Shown one piece after another: positions 37,580 through 49,740 of a stretch of DNA of 64,000 nucleotides. The stretch lies in NCBI GenBank assembly GCA_032718475.1, contig JAUCBJ010008124.1, positions 1-64,000 on the forward strand. The letters run 5' to 3'. The stretch's first letter is position 1; each line of letters starts with the position of its first letter. A program made the position numbers and the translations under genes. Origin of the DNA: Nemertoderma westbladi (taxonomy: Eukaryota > Animalia > Xenacoelomorpha). A model generated the notes under the pieces. That model saw only the letters and a list, made by a program, of their open reading frames with translations. It ran no database searches and was not told where the DNA came from.

Positions 37580-38105
37580 AGGTACGCAGTTAGTAGGCAG
37601 AGGTTAGTTAAGAGGTACGTAGTACCTAGTTAGTTAGTTAGTTAGGAGGTACGTAGTACTGATAGTTAGTTAGAGAGTTAGAGGGTACGTAGTACCGATA
37701 GTTAGTTAGTTAGTTAGGAGGTACGTAGTACCGTTAGTTAGAGAAGAGTTAGAGGGTATGTAGTACCGTTAGTTAGAGGAGAGTTAGAGGGTACGTAAGT
37801 ACCGTTAGTTAGTTAGAGAGTTAGAGGGTACGTAAGTACCGTTAGTTAGTTAGAGAGTTAGAGTGTACGTAGTACCGTTAGAGTAGAGTTAGAGTTAGGG
37901 TACGTAGTACCGTTAGTTAGAGAAGAGTTAGAGGGTACGTAGTACCGTTAGTTAGAGGAGAGTTAGAGGGTACGTAGTACCATTAGTTAGAGAAGAGTTA
38001 GAGGGTACGTAGTACCGTTAGTTAGAGGAGAGTTAGAGGGTACGTAGTACCGTTAGTTAGAGAAGAGTTAGAGTTAGAGGGTATGTAGTACCGTTAGTTA
38101 GAGAG
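37580..38105 (+). repeat. ~39-bp degenerate minisatellite inside the BEL 3' region
   Basis: Unit approximately GAGTTAGAGGGTACGTAGTACCGTTAGTTAGAG(A/G)A, each with a GGTAC-GTA-GTACC hairpin. Confidence 0.9.
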
Positions 38106-38369
38106 AGAGAGTAAGTGGTAGAAGGGTATATAAGATATAGATATTAGTTAGCAGTTAGTAGCGTTAGTAGCGAGAGGGGGGCATATGAGTACAGCTGGGT
38201 AAATCGTGTGGCCACACGACGCACACTGCTGTACTGCATAGGCCCACAGAGTAGGCCAGAATGTGGATTAGGGAATAGAATAATCAATAGGAAGCAGTAA
38301 GGTAGTAGGATTGAAATTAAATCAAAATTAAAATTAGAATAAGAATAGGGCTAAGAAGGGGAACAAATT

Positions 38370-39420
38370 ATGGTAACAGTAGTAAGAATAGGCAATAACT
38401 CAGAAATTCAGAAAGAGATAGGCCATCGAACTGAACTTAAACCACCTAAACCCATCACTCATCACGTTTGCGCCTTGGCAAGGCACCACCTACGGGTGAG
38501 CGATCGGGCAGAGTTCGAGATGGCAGGTAAACTTGTGAGAGCGGAGAGAAGCAGAGGAGAGGGAGGAGGAAGCTAGGGCGCAGAGCTACGGCTTCGAGGA
38601 ATAAGCAGCCTTAGACGAACTTCGTTGGGCTTCGTCAGGGAGTTCGGGGGAGTCTCTAGGGAAAGAACTGGGGTGGACGGTGGGATCACCGAAACAGTCG
38701 ACGTCGGGATTGCAAGCGATGCCCATACCAGCGGGCGCCGAGGGCGAACAACCGCAAAAGAAGTTAAGGGAGTTGGAGGGATGGAGAGCTACGGGCGAGA
38801 GCCAAGGCGGGAAGGGACATAGTGGGTCCACCGGGATACCGGGGTTGGGACCACTGCGAGAGGAGGACGAGGACGACGACGAATTCGGAGAGATGCCGCC
38901 CATCGAGAGGATAGGCCACTCGGACACGGACTGGGTTGGCGGGAGGGTGGTGACGGCCAGTGGGGCGAGAGCCTTCTGGGACAAACCCGGCAAGCGGGCC
39001 TGGGTGCACGAGGAGCCGGCGATGGATTTCGCGGGGAGCACTATCAGGTTGGGCAAGCAACCGGGGACGGCACCACGGGTAGTATTCGGAGAGACGATGC
39101 CCGGGAGGGGCGAGGAGACGTAGACAGGGACGCTAACGTCTAGAAGTTCGCCTATCAGCGATTCCACAGACCGCGGAGATCGCTTGGGATGAAAGACGAC
39201 GTGGGGCGGGAGACATTGGTACTCGGTTGCGGCTACTGTGGGAGACAGACCCACCAGGAAAGGAGCTGCTTGTACCGGTTCCAGAAAGGGACCAGCTGTC
39301 TCTACTGCCACGAGACGAGCCACAGGATGGGAGCGTGTCCACGGTTGCAGAACCGATGTCCGAAGTGCAACTTTCGGGGACACCACGGACGCCAAGGAGG
39401 GATGGACTGAGGCATTGATG
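38370..39420 (+). pseudogene. Degraded additional ORF downstream of pol with tandem CCHC zinc knuckles
   Basis: 39189..39410 encodes CGYCGRQTHQERSC, CLYCHETSHRMGAC and CPKCNFRGH. Upstream GC-rich ORF fragments at 38370 and 38680. The 5' boundary is uncertain. Confidence 0.65.
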
Positions 39421-40064
39421 TAGTGCGCCTGGAAGGCGCCACATGAGACGTGCGAACTATGTACAAATTTAATTAATGCGAATAATCATATAAGTACAAT
39501 TTGTATGTACGTACGTAGCAATCAGTAATCTACAAATATACATTCGGAGTAAGTACTATAGTCATACAACCTTTCTCAATTAGCTACTGGGACTGGGGGG
39601 TAAACTGACTATGGCACTATGGACGAGACACCAGACAATTTCACACTTCTTGAGTGCGACGGCACAAAGAGGGGGGGGGGGGGGGGAGATTCGTCGGAAG
39701 GGATGAGGTAGTCAAAGTGGGGTTGAGGGACGGAGTAGTGAGAGCGAAGTGCGGAGAGAGTGCGGACGCAATTCTAGTGTGGGGGGGGGGGGGAGAATAA
39801 GAGGCTGAGTGGGGGACGAGGAGGTCCGAGTGTATGAGAGAGTTAGGGTGAGAGTGAAGAAGAGATAGGGCGAAAGTGTTGGGGAAACAAAAGTTGCGTG
39901 AGAGGTGAGCGCGATCGGCCCGACATGAGACGCCAGGCACACAGGGTAGCGTTATCATACCCATAGGGAGCGGCCTGGAAAGCCGACTCCGAGAGAAAAG
40001 AATTCCACCCACACACCCGATACTAGATCGGGATCCAGCGGGATTGCAGCGCACTTTTTGGTTG

Positions 40065-40101
40065 ATGCTATCTTCTTACCGGGAAGATAGCATGGGGGGA
40101 G
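40065..40101 (+). promoter_or_regulatory. Hairpin plus polypurine tract of BEL element
   Basis: 11-bp stem ATGCTATCTTC/GAAGATAGCAT, then GGGGGGAG abutting the 3' LTR. Confidence 0.85.
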
Positions 40102-40647
40102 TGTTAGCTTATTCAATCCCGCTAACACCCCATAAAGTTAAGCCGATAAGCAATATTGGGAGCCACGAGTTTGGGTAATTAACCAACTCGTGCCATCCCA
40201 ATAAGAATGGGAAGGAAACACACAATGAGGGTCAGGGGCCAAACCCCTAACCCAGAGAGAATAGGTGGAGTGAACGGGAACACTCCAAAGGGCGCCAACA
40301 AGGGTATCAACCAATCAGAGGGGGGAAAGGCATCGATTAGGTAGAGTAACAAGGCCAACCGTGCAATATAGCCAGTTGGCAGTAATCATATCAATTCAGT
40401 TATCTCAGTGCAATACTGGTGCTAGTTTAGGTTACATAGTTTAGCTAGGGAAGGACCGGGACTTTAGTTACCGTATCCCGCCTTCCATATACAACAATTA
40501 TATTATCTCATATCTATACCTATATCTATATCTGTATACCCAAGCATTATATACGACGAACAGCACAAACTCATTCACTCTTTATACACGGCGGGGACGC
40601 GTAAACTAACAACGGATAAACCGGGATCCCTCTTGGATCCCGTCACA
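40102..40647 (+). repeat. BEL/Pao 3' LTR (546 bp)
   Basis: Direct repeat of 28191-28736. Confidence 0.97.
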
Positions 40648-40652
40648 TAAAC

Positions 40653-40686
40653 AAACTTATATTTTGCCAAATACTAATCATTAACA
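40653..40686 (+). repeat. Copia 3' LTR, terminal 34 bp
   Basis: AAACTTATATTTTGCCAAATACTAATCATTAACA matches the end of the 5' LTR. Confidence 0.97.
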
Positions 40687-43373
40687 ACCAAAGCCGCAGA
40701 GACCTGGAACACCAAGGCCACCAAAGCCGCAGAGACCTGGGACACCAAGGCCACCAAAGCCGCAGAGACCTGGAACACCAATGCCACCAAAGCCGCAGAG
40801 ACATGGTACACCAAGGCCACCAAAGCCGCAGAGACCTGGAACACCAAGGCCACCAAAGCCGCAGAGACCTGGAACACCAAGGCCACCAAAGCCGCAGAGA
40901 CCTGGAACACCAAGGCCACCAAAGCCGCAGAGACCTGGAACACCAAGGCCACCAAAGCCGCAGAGACCTGGAACACCAAGGCCACCAAAGCCGCAGAGAC
41001 CTGGTACACCAAGGCCACCAAAGCCGCAGAGACCTGGAACACCAAGGCCACCAAAGCCGCAGAGACCTGGAACACCAAGGCCACCAAAGCCGCAGAGACC
41101 TGGAACACCAAGGTCACCAAAGCCGCAGAGACCAGGAACACCGAGGCCACTAAAGCCGCAGAGACCTGGAACATCAAGGCCACCAAAGCCGCAGAGACCA
41201 GGAACACCGAGGCCACCAAGGCCGCAGAGACCTGGAACACCAAGGCCACCAAAGCCGCAGAGGCCTGGTACACCAAAGCCACCAAAGCCGCAGAGACCTG
41301 GAACACCAAGGCCACCAAAGCCGCAGAGACCAGGAACACCGAGGCCACCAAGGCCGCAGAGACCTGGAACACCAAGGCCACCAAAGCCGCAGAGGCCTGG
41401 TACACCAAGGCCACCAAAGCCGCAGAGACCTGGAACACCGAGGCCACCAAGGCCGCAGAGACCTGGAACACCAAGGCCACCAAAGCCGCAGAGGCCTGGT
41501 ACACCAAGGCCACCAAAGCCGCAGAGACCTGGAACACCAAGGCCACCAAAGCCGCAGAGACCAGGAACACCGAGGCCACCAAGGCCGCAGAGACCTGGAA
41601 CACCAAGGCCACCAAAGCCGCAGAGGCCTGGTACACCAAGGCCACCAAAGCCGCAGAGACCTGGAACATCAAGGCCACCAAAGCCGCATAGACCAGGAAC
41701 ACCGAGGCCACCAAGGCCGCAGAGACCTGGAACACCAAGGCCACCAAAGCCGCAGAGACCTGGTACACCAAGGCCACCAAAGCCGCAGAGACCTGGAACA
41801 CCAAGGCCACCAAAGCCGCAGAGACCTGGAACACCGAGGCCACCAAAGCCGCAGAGACCAGGAACACCGAGGCCACTAAAGCCGCAGAGACCTGGAACAC
41901 CAAGGCCACAAAAGCCACAGAGACCAGGAACACCGAGGCCACCAAAGCCGCAGAGACCTGGAACATCAAGGCCACCAAAGCCGCAGAGACCTGGAACACC
42001 GAGGCCACCAAAGCCGCAGAGACCAGGAACACCGAGGCCACTAAAGCCGCAGAGACCTGGAACACCAAGGCCACAAAAGCCGCAGAGACCAGGAACACCG
42101 AGGCCACTAAAGCCGCAGAGACCTGGAACACCAAGGCCACAAACGCCGCAGAGACCAGGAACACCGAGGCCACCAAGGCCGCAGAGACCTGGAACACCAA
42201 GGCCACCAAAGCCGCAGAGGCCTGGTACACCAAGGCCACCAAAGCCGCAGAGACCTGGAACACCAAGGCCACCAAAGCCGCAGAGACCAGGAACACCGAG
42301 GCCACCAAGGCCGCAGAGACCTGGAACACCAAGGCCACCAAAGCCGCAGAGGCCTGGTACACCAAGGCCACCAAAGCCGCAGAAACCTGGAACATCAAGG
42401 CCACCAAAGCCGCAGAGACCTGGAACACCAAGGCCACCAAAGCAGCAGAGACCTGGAACACCAAGGCCACCAAAGCCGCAGAGACCTGGAACACCAAGGC
42501 CACCAAAGCCGCAGAGACCTGGAACACTAAGGCCACCAAAGCCGCAGAGACCAGGAACACCAAGGCCACCAAAGCCGCAGAGACCTGGAACACCAAGGCC
42601 ACCAAAGCCGCAGAGACCTGGAACACCAAGGCCACCAAAGCCGCAGAGACCTGGAACACCAAGGCCACAAAAGCCGCAGAGACCTGGAACACCAAGGCCA
42701 CCAAAGCCGCAGAGACCTGAAACACCAAGGCCACCAAAGCCGCAGAGACCAGGAACACCAAGGCCACCAAGGCCGCAGAGACCTGGAACACCAAGGACAC
42801 CAAAGCCGCAGAGACCTGGAACAACAAGGCCACCCAAGCCGCAGAGGCCTGGAACACCAAGGCCACCAAGGCTGCAGAGACCTGGAACACCAAGGCTACC
42901 AAAGCCGCAGAGACCTGGAACACCAAGGCCACCAAAGCCGCAGAGGCCTGGAACACCAAGGCCACCAAAGCCGCAGAGACCTGGAACACCAAGGCCACCA
43001 AAGCCGCAGCGACCTGGAACACCAAGGCCACCAAAGCCGCAGAGACCTGGAACACCAAGGCCACTAAAGCCGCAGAGACCTGGAACACCAAGGCCACTAA
43101 AGCCGCAGAGACCCGGAACACCAAGTCCACCAAAGCGCAGAGACCTGGAACACCAAGGCCACCAAAGCCGCAGAGACCTGGAACACCAAGTCCACCAAAG
43201 CCGCAGAGACCTGGAACACCAAGGCCACCAAAGCCGCAGAGACCTGGAACACCAAGGCCACCAAAGCCGCAGAGACCTGGGACACCAAGGCCACAAAAGC
43301 CGCAGCGGGCCTGGAACACCAAGGCCACCAAAGCCGCAGAGACCTGGAACACCAAGGCCACCAAAGCCGCAGA
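40687..43373. repeat. 33-bp satellite, right part (~81 copies)
   Basis: Same unit as 22331-23247; resumes in phase after the TSD. Confidence 0.97.
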
Positions 43374-43905
43374 TGTATTGTGTGATAATCCGAATAAGAT
43401 TTAACTAAAATCTCGTTATAGTATAACGGGAGGGGCGGAGAGGGACCGAATTTAGGGGCCAATGAACCGTAAATAATCCCCAAAGCGTGTCTCAGTGTCA
43501 GAGAGATAGTTGTACCGTTATGGGATTTATATAAACTGTGTCACTCCAAGCAAATAGAATGAATATCCATACAATGGGGATATTAGAGGCAGCACGGAAA
43601 GCAGATGGGCCCTCACGGGCACGCAGTCTTTAGTGGTGTCTAGTAGACTGGAAACAGGAAAGACACATTGATAACCTGCAACTCTCCAACTGGAACTAAG
43701 TGGATATATTAAGCCACCGACACACACAAGCCAGCAAATAGAGTCAATGACACAGCATGGAGGTTGCAAACGATATACCATCTACTCTAGCATAACCACA
43801 GCATACTCTACTTTAATGAGAGTGGGCCCTTTATGGCCCAGTTCAATTACTTTCCTTTCGTTAAATACTTGGACCAGTTTCTTAGCGTAAATAATTTACA
43901 ATACA
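43374..43905. mobile_element. Probable solo LTR (532 bp) of a third family
   Basis: 8-bp inverted ends TGTATTGT..ACAATACA; flanks GCAGA / GCCGA (5-bp TSD with one mismatch); LTR-like size. Confidence 0.65.
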
Positions 43906-44503
43906 GCCGATTACAGAGTGTGCTTGATAATTCTTGCTTGAATATGTTACAGGTGTATCAGTTCATCCATTAGGCCTACTGAGATTCGTAGGTCCTGTTG
44001 CCATTAGTGACGCAATTCACTAATTGTACACAAACTCTGTGGACCATTAGATCATATCTGATTCCTGGAGTGGTTGAGAATGAGGTCTGGTTTATCTATG
44101 GGAGGTGACTGGCGGACACACCAGACACCAATGTAATTTTGTTTATTTAAAAACCGACCCACTCAAACTATTAAATCGCTAAAAGGCCATAAATTTGCTT
44201 CAGTTGTCAGATTGGGGCCATAAAATGACTGAAGTTTGAGAGTAATTGGTTCTTAGGGATGTCATTGAGCTGATTTATTTATAACAAACATAATTAACTG
44301 GCTGATAAACTTTTCGTTTTTGCCTCTTAAAAAGAAGATAAACATCTCAGAATTGGCTAATGTATATACCCAAAGCTGTAAAAGGCCGCCAAAGTAACTC
44401 ACACGAATATGAGCCTTCATAAAGAGTGTGGGGCAAGCGACGAAAGTAAGCGAGCTTAGCATACAGGTACCACTAACTCAATCGGTGTGTCTGTTGCTCT
44501 GTC

Positions 44504-44950
44504 GGGCGAGCCACGAAGTGAGTGAGCCTTAGCGTAGTGGTACCATTAATGAACCTGTGGGGCGAGCCACGAAGTGAGTGAGCCTTAGCGTAGTGGTACC
44601 ATTAATCAACCTGTGGGGCGAGCCACGAAGTGAGTGAGCCTTAGCGTAGTGGTACCATTAATCAACCTGTGGGGCGAGCCACGAAGTGAGTGAGCCTTAG
44701 CGTAGTGGTACCATTAATCAACCTGTGGGGCGAGCCACGAAGTGAGTGAGCCTTAGCGTAGTGGTACCATTAATCAACCTGTGGGGCGAGCCACGAAGTG
44801 AGCGAGCCTTAGCGTAGTGGTACCATTAATCAACCTGTGGGGCGAGCCACGAAGTGAGTGAGCCTTAGCGTAGTGGTACCATTAATCAACCTGTGGGGCG
44901 AGCCACGAAGTGAGTGAGCCTTAGCGTAGTGGTACCATTAATCAACCTGT
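44504..44950. repeat. 56-bp tandem array (~8 copies) in a probable Helitron/Helentron-derived element
   Basis: Unit GGGGCGAGCCACGAAGTGAGTGAGCCTTAGCGTAGTGGTACCATTAATCAACCTGT, followed by CTGTCGTT microrepeat and ..AAACTTGGTACAC. The array is certain; the element class is inferred. Confidence 0.85.
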
Positions 44951-45562
44951 CGTTCTGTCGTTCTGTCGTGTTCAATTTTAAACGTTAATAACTCGGCCAA
45001 TCTTTGATGAAATCTATCCAAACTTGGTACACATGTTGTTTGGCAAAAGTTTAGAAATTTTCCAAGTAGAATTTCCGTGTGGCCTTCGAGAAGCTAAGAT
45101 AATAGCAGTTAATTATTCAATTAAGTTGATTACGGTAAAAACACCATTTTCAACCTGCATTTTAAGGGAAATTAATTGTTTTACAGTATAAGATTTAAAT
45201 AATTATACTTAAAAATTATACAGATGTAATCCACATACGCCATTCTATTATAGTTTTTAATTAGTTCAAGTGATTTGCTTTAATAATTGTGTCTTTAATT
45301 GATCTAAAGTAATTAAAACGGCAAAAAAAATTGATTCTCATTAAATACTGCTCATTTATTGGTTAACTTCCAAGTTGGCTTGTTTCCCAAAAACACTTGA
45401 GGTATTCAGTCAGCCTTGCTTGTAAGAGGCAGACTGCTGCTGCTGCTGGTAGGATAGCATTAATTCCCCATCCATTCACTCACTCTCCTTTCAACTGGCT
45501 GACTGGAGAGTGGAGGTGTGAGGGGCGAGACACGTATGGCGAGCCATCAGCGAACTGATATA

Positions 45563-46860
<1,298 letters not shown>

Positions 46861-46889
46861 CTTACAAACACACTTCTTACACTTACATT

Positions 46890-48590
46890 CCATTTGTACC
46901 AACTACCAAGTGCTAAATGATTATAAGACCGCAAATACCCCAATAAGCTAACTCGCTGAATGTTAATTGCAAATACCCCTCCGTTTCGCGAATAGCCAAT
47001 TGTACACGTATAACCTAATAATAAAAGCGTTTTGCACAAACTGCGGTGGCGCTAAAGTCTTAACTTATTACTTTTAGATAGTCTTTGAAAGTACTCTATA
47101 CAAAGTCCTAACCCGATAACTGTGTATTGTCATGGAAACGTAATGGTTTCTTACCTGGACATCCATACAATGTATTTAAATTTATTGCACAGGCGACATA
47201 TTATTATGTAGTGAGTGATTGCCGTGGAATGGAAATACCTAGATATATTGACAATCGTTATTTCAAAATTCATCCGGTCTAATTGTTGAGATACCCCAAA
47301 TTGAGGTTCTAAATTTGTGAAAATATTAGTGAAACAATTTTATGGTTAAAGAGAAAACTCTATTTGTTTTTATGTAGAGTAATGCGTAATTTTATTCCAC
47401 AAAGTTGCCTTTTCTTTTATAGCAGGTAAATTGCAATAATTAGTGCATTATAGGCGTACCTAAACGTGCGCTATTTTTATGAAAATTAACCACTTCTCGA
47501 TGTGGTGATATCCTCGTAACGCAGCTAAGTAATAATCACTAACTTAGTAACAATAAACTTATATAACAAATATTGATAGTATTTCCCATTACTGATAACC
47601 ATTGATTGTAGGCGAAGTGTAAGTTTAGTTGATGTACCAACTGCAATTAATTGCATAAAAAGGATATGAATTTCATTAATATTCCTAAACATTACAATAT
47701 TAATGCTAATAATGAAGCATTCAGAACGCCCTTAAATCGACATAACTTAACAAAATGGCACCATTTTGTGAAAAGTGAACTGTCAACGTGTATGAATGAA
47801 TGACCCTTGTATATTTATGGAAACATCCATCGCCACCCTCGCTCGGTACATAAATACTGCTTATGTGAAACCTTTCACACAATCATGTAAAATAGTTATA
47901 GTTTCACTTTTATTAATTTACAATATTTGCAGGAAAAAATAATACAATTCAATCATTATTCGTGTAACATCAGTTATAAATCGCTAAATTATGAAAGTTC
48001 CTTTACATAAATCATTACGTCGGTTTTTCTTACTTTTATTGTCTGCTATATTTTTTTTTTTTTTACTTATTATCAATAATGTTTTTTACTTTCTCTCGTG
48101 TTATTTTAATTTTCGTTGGTTAGTCAATCACACTTATATTCAATTTGTACTAAGTGCTAAATGATTGTAAGACCGAAAATATTGATTGCGAATACCCCTC
48201 AGTTTCGCAAATAACCAATTTCACATCGAACACAAAAATAAAACCGTTTGCATAAACTCCGGGAGCGCTAAAGTCCTAACTTATACTTTCTTTTGAAAGT
48301 ACTTTATACAAAGTCCTAGCCCGATAATTTTGTATTGTCATGGAAACCTAATGGTTTCTTACCTGGACATTGACAACTAGTCTAATGAAACATAGGCAAA
48401 CCGAAATTTATTCCCAGATTGAAACGAATAAGAATGGTGAAATGGAAACTTACACATAGATAGACAATCGTTATTAGAATATTTCCTCGTTTTGTCTATT
48501 GTTGAGATATAATAAAATACATAAAACACAAACTCAAACTGTGGCAAATTTAATTTGGGTTGTAAATTGGTGAAATTAGTTAGTGAAACA
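46890..48590. repeat. Diverged direct duplication: ~46890-47340 vs ~48140-48590
   Basis: Shared colinear blocks AAGTGCTAAATGATT, GCGCTAAAGTC, TTGAAAGTACT.TATACAAAGTCCTA, TGTATTGTCATGGAAAC.TAATGGTTTCTTACCTGGACAT, GACAATCGTTATT, TTAGTGAAACAAT. Confidence 0.85.
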
Positions 48591-49285
48591 ATAAATATAA
48601 TATGCGTCAGATTAATAATTAACAATTGTTAAAATTCGAAACAATTAAAATTCACTATAATGATAGGCTGATCAGAGTAACTTAAACCCACATAAATAAT
48701 TCCCTTGAGTGAATTCTATCCGCGTACGAGAAATTAAATATAAAAATGTTAATTATGCGATCATTTTAGAAATTTTGATCTTATGAAAAGATAATGAAAG
48801 GAGTCATAGTGAAATTCTCATATTAAAGCAACGTTTCAAAACCAATCCGGATAATTCTAAAGTGCCGGGGGAAAATAAATTAACACAGTCCAAGAATTGG
48901 AGCCGCACCTAACTAATATATCGTGGACACTGATAAAACACAAGATATACTGTATAATAATAATTTCGATGAAAAATATGAAGCATTAGTTGCATCATTA
49001 ACTGAAATATGACTCATCTCACTGCACTGATTAAAATGAATAGCCTTGAATTATTATATAGGAGCTACGGCAATTTTGATATTTTGTATCTCTTAGAATT
49101 TTCCCAGGAGTCTTTTTCCCAAGTTTTGTTTTGAATCCTTTACTGTAAAATGATGATCCATTACCAAATTTAATAGAACATTCCCTTGCAATAAATAGAC
49201 CTATAAACTGATCTCAATTTTTCAAAACCAAGTTGCATATCGTCACTACTGTAATCTTTGACAAGTTTTTCTGATAAATGAAAAA

Positions 49286-49403
49286 TCAGGTATCCCGAAT
49301 GCCAACTAGCTAGGATCGGCATGATGCATTGCAGCTGCATTTTTAAAAATGCTGTGCCGGCTTGTCGACAAAATTGCGCCGCCACAACTCCCTATCACCC
49401 ATG
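49286..49403 (-). mobile_element. Short 3'-end copy of the same LINE family
   Basis: Reverse complement matches 17074-17165 (CATGGGTGATAGGG..GTCGACAAGCCGGCACAGCATT..GCAGCTGCAATGCA) and ends in ACCTGA. Confidence 0.88.
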
Positions 49404-49500
49404 CAGGGTTGTTTGAATTAAATCATTTGATTTAAATCACATATAAAAATAAAAAAAATTCAGATAGTTTTGATTTTTTTTAAATCATGAATTTTATCAA
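49404..49500 (+). mobile_element. Possible hAT-like element end
   Basis: Starts CAGGGTTG followed by repeated TTAAATCA motifs. No matching other end found. Confidence 0.3.
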
Positions 49501-49740
49501 TTATGCTTTAAGGCCAGGATAAACATTGCATTACTGATTATTAATAAATGATTCAAATTACCTTAATATTTACATAACAATACAGTATCATCTCGCATTT
49601 CCAATACCCTACAGTATTCACAGGCCCATTAATTAAGTTGTACTTTAGAGTTCTATTCAGTTTGTTGTTTATTTAGTTTATATTCGAATTCAAACTTTTC
49701 GGGATTTCCGGGATCGGGACCGGGATTATTCCTCTCGAGA

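Larger units (their letters stand above)
28191..40647 (+). mobile_element. BEL/Pao LTR retrotransposon, 12.5 kb, with frameshifts
   Basis: 546-bp LTRs TGT..ACA; 5-bp TSD TAAAC (28186-28190 / 40648-40652); PR-RT-RH-IN order with Pao-type motifs (PFGW, YDPLG, FSDAS, PKLEL, FVANRV, NPAD..SRG, W..EYL). Confidence 0.96.
23248..40686 (+). mobile_element. Full-length Ty1/Copia LTR retrotransposon (GalEa-type), 3' LTR split by nested BEL/Pao
   Basis: LTRs TGTTA..TAACA; 5-bp TSD ACCAA (23243-23247 / 40687-40691); PBS; PPT; single ORF with PR-IN-RT-RH order. Confidence 0.96.

Noticed and set aside
37600-38105. Telomere-like TTAG(G) repeats
   Set aside because: Part of a ~39-bp minisatellite internal to an LTR element, not a (TTAGG)n tract.
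38586-39395. 269-aa antisense ORF in BEL 3' region
   Set aside because: No recognisable motif; probably a GC-rich shadow of the sense knuckle ORF, though not excluded.
38370-40060. env gene in BEL 3' region
   Set aside because: No signal peptide, furin site or transmembrane segment visible in sense frames.
40674-43408. ~870-900-aa ORFs, including hydrophobic and collagen/elastin-looking frames (also 22249-23287)
   Set aside because: The 33-bp unit is open in several frames on both strands and is interrupted by TEs; no signal peptide or exon evidence.
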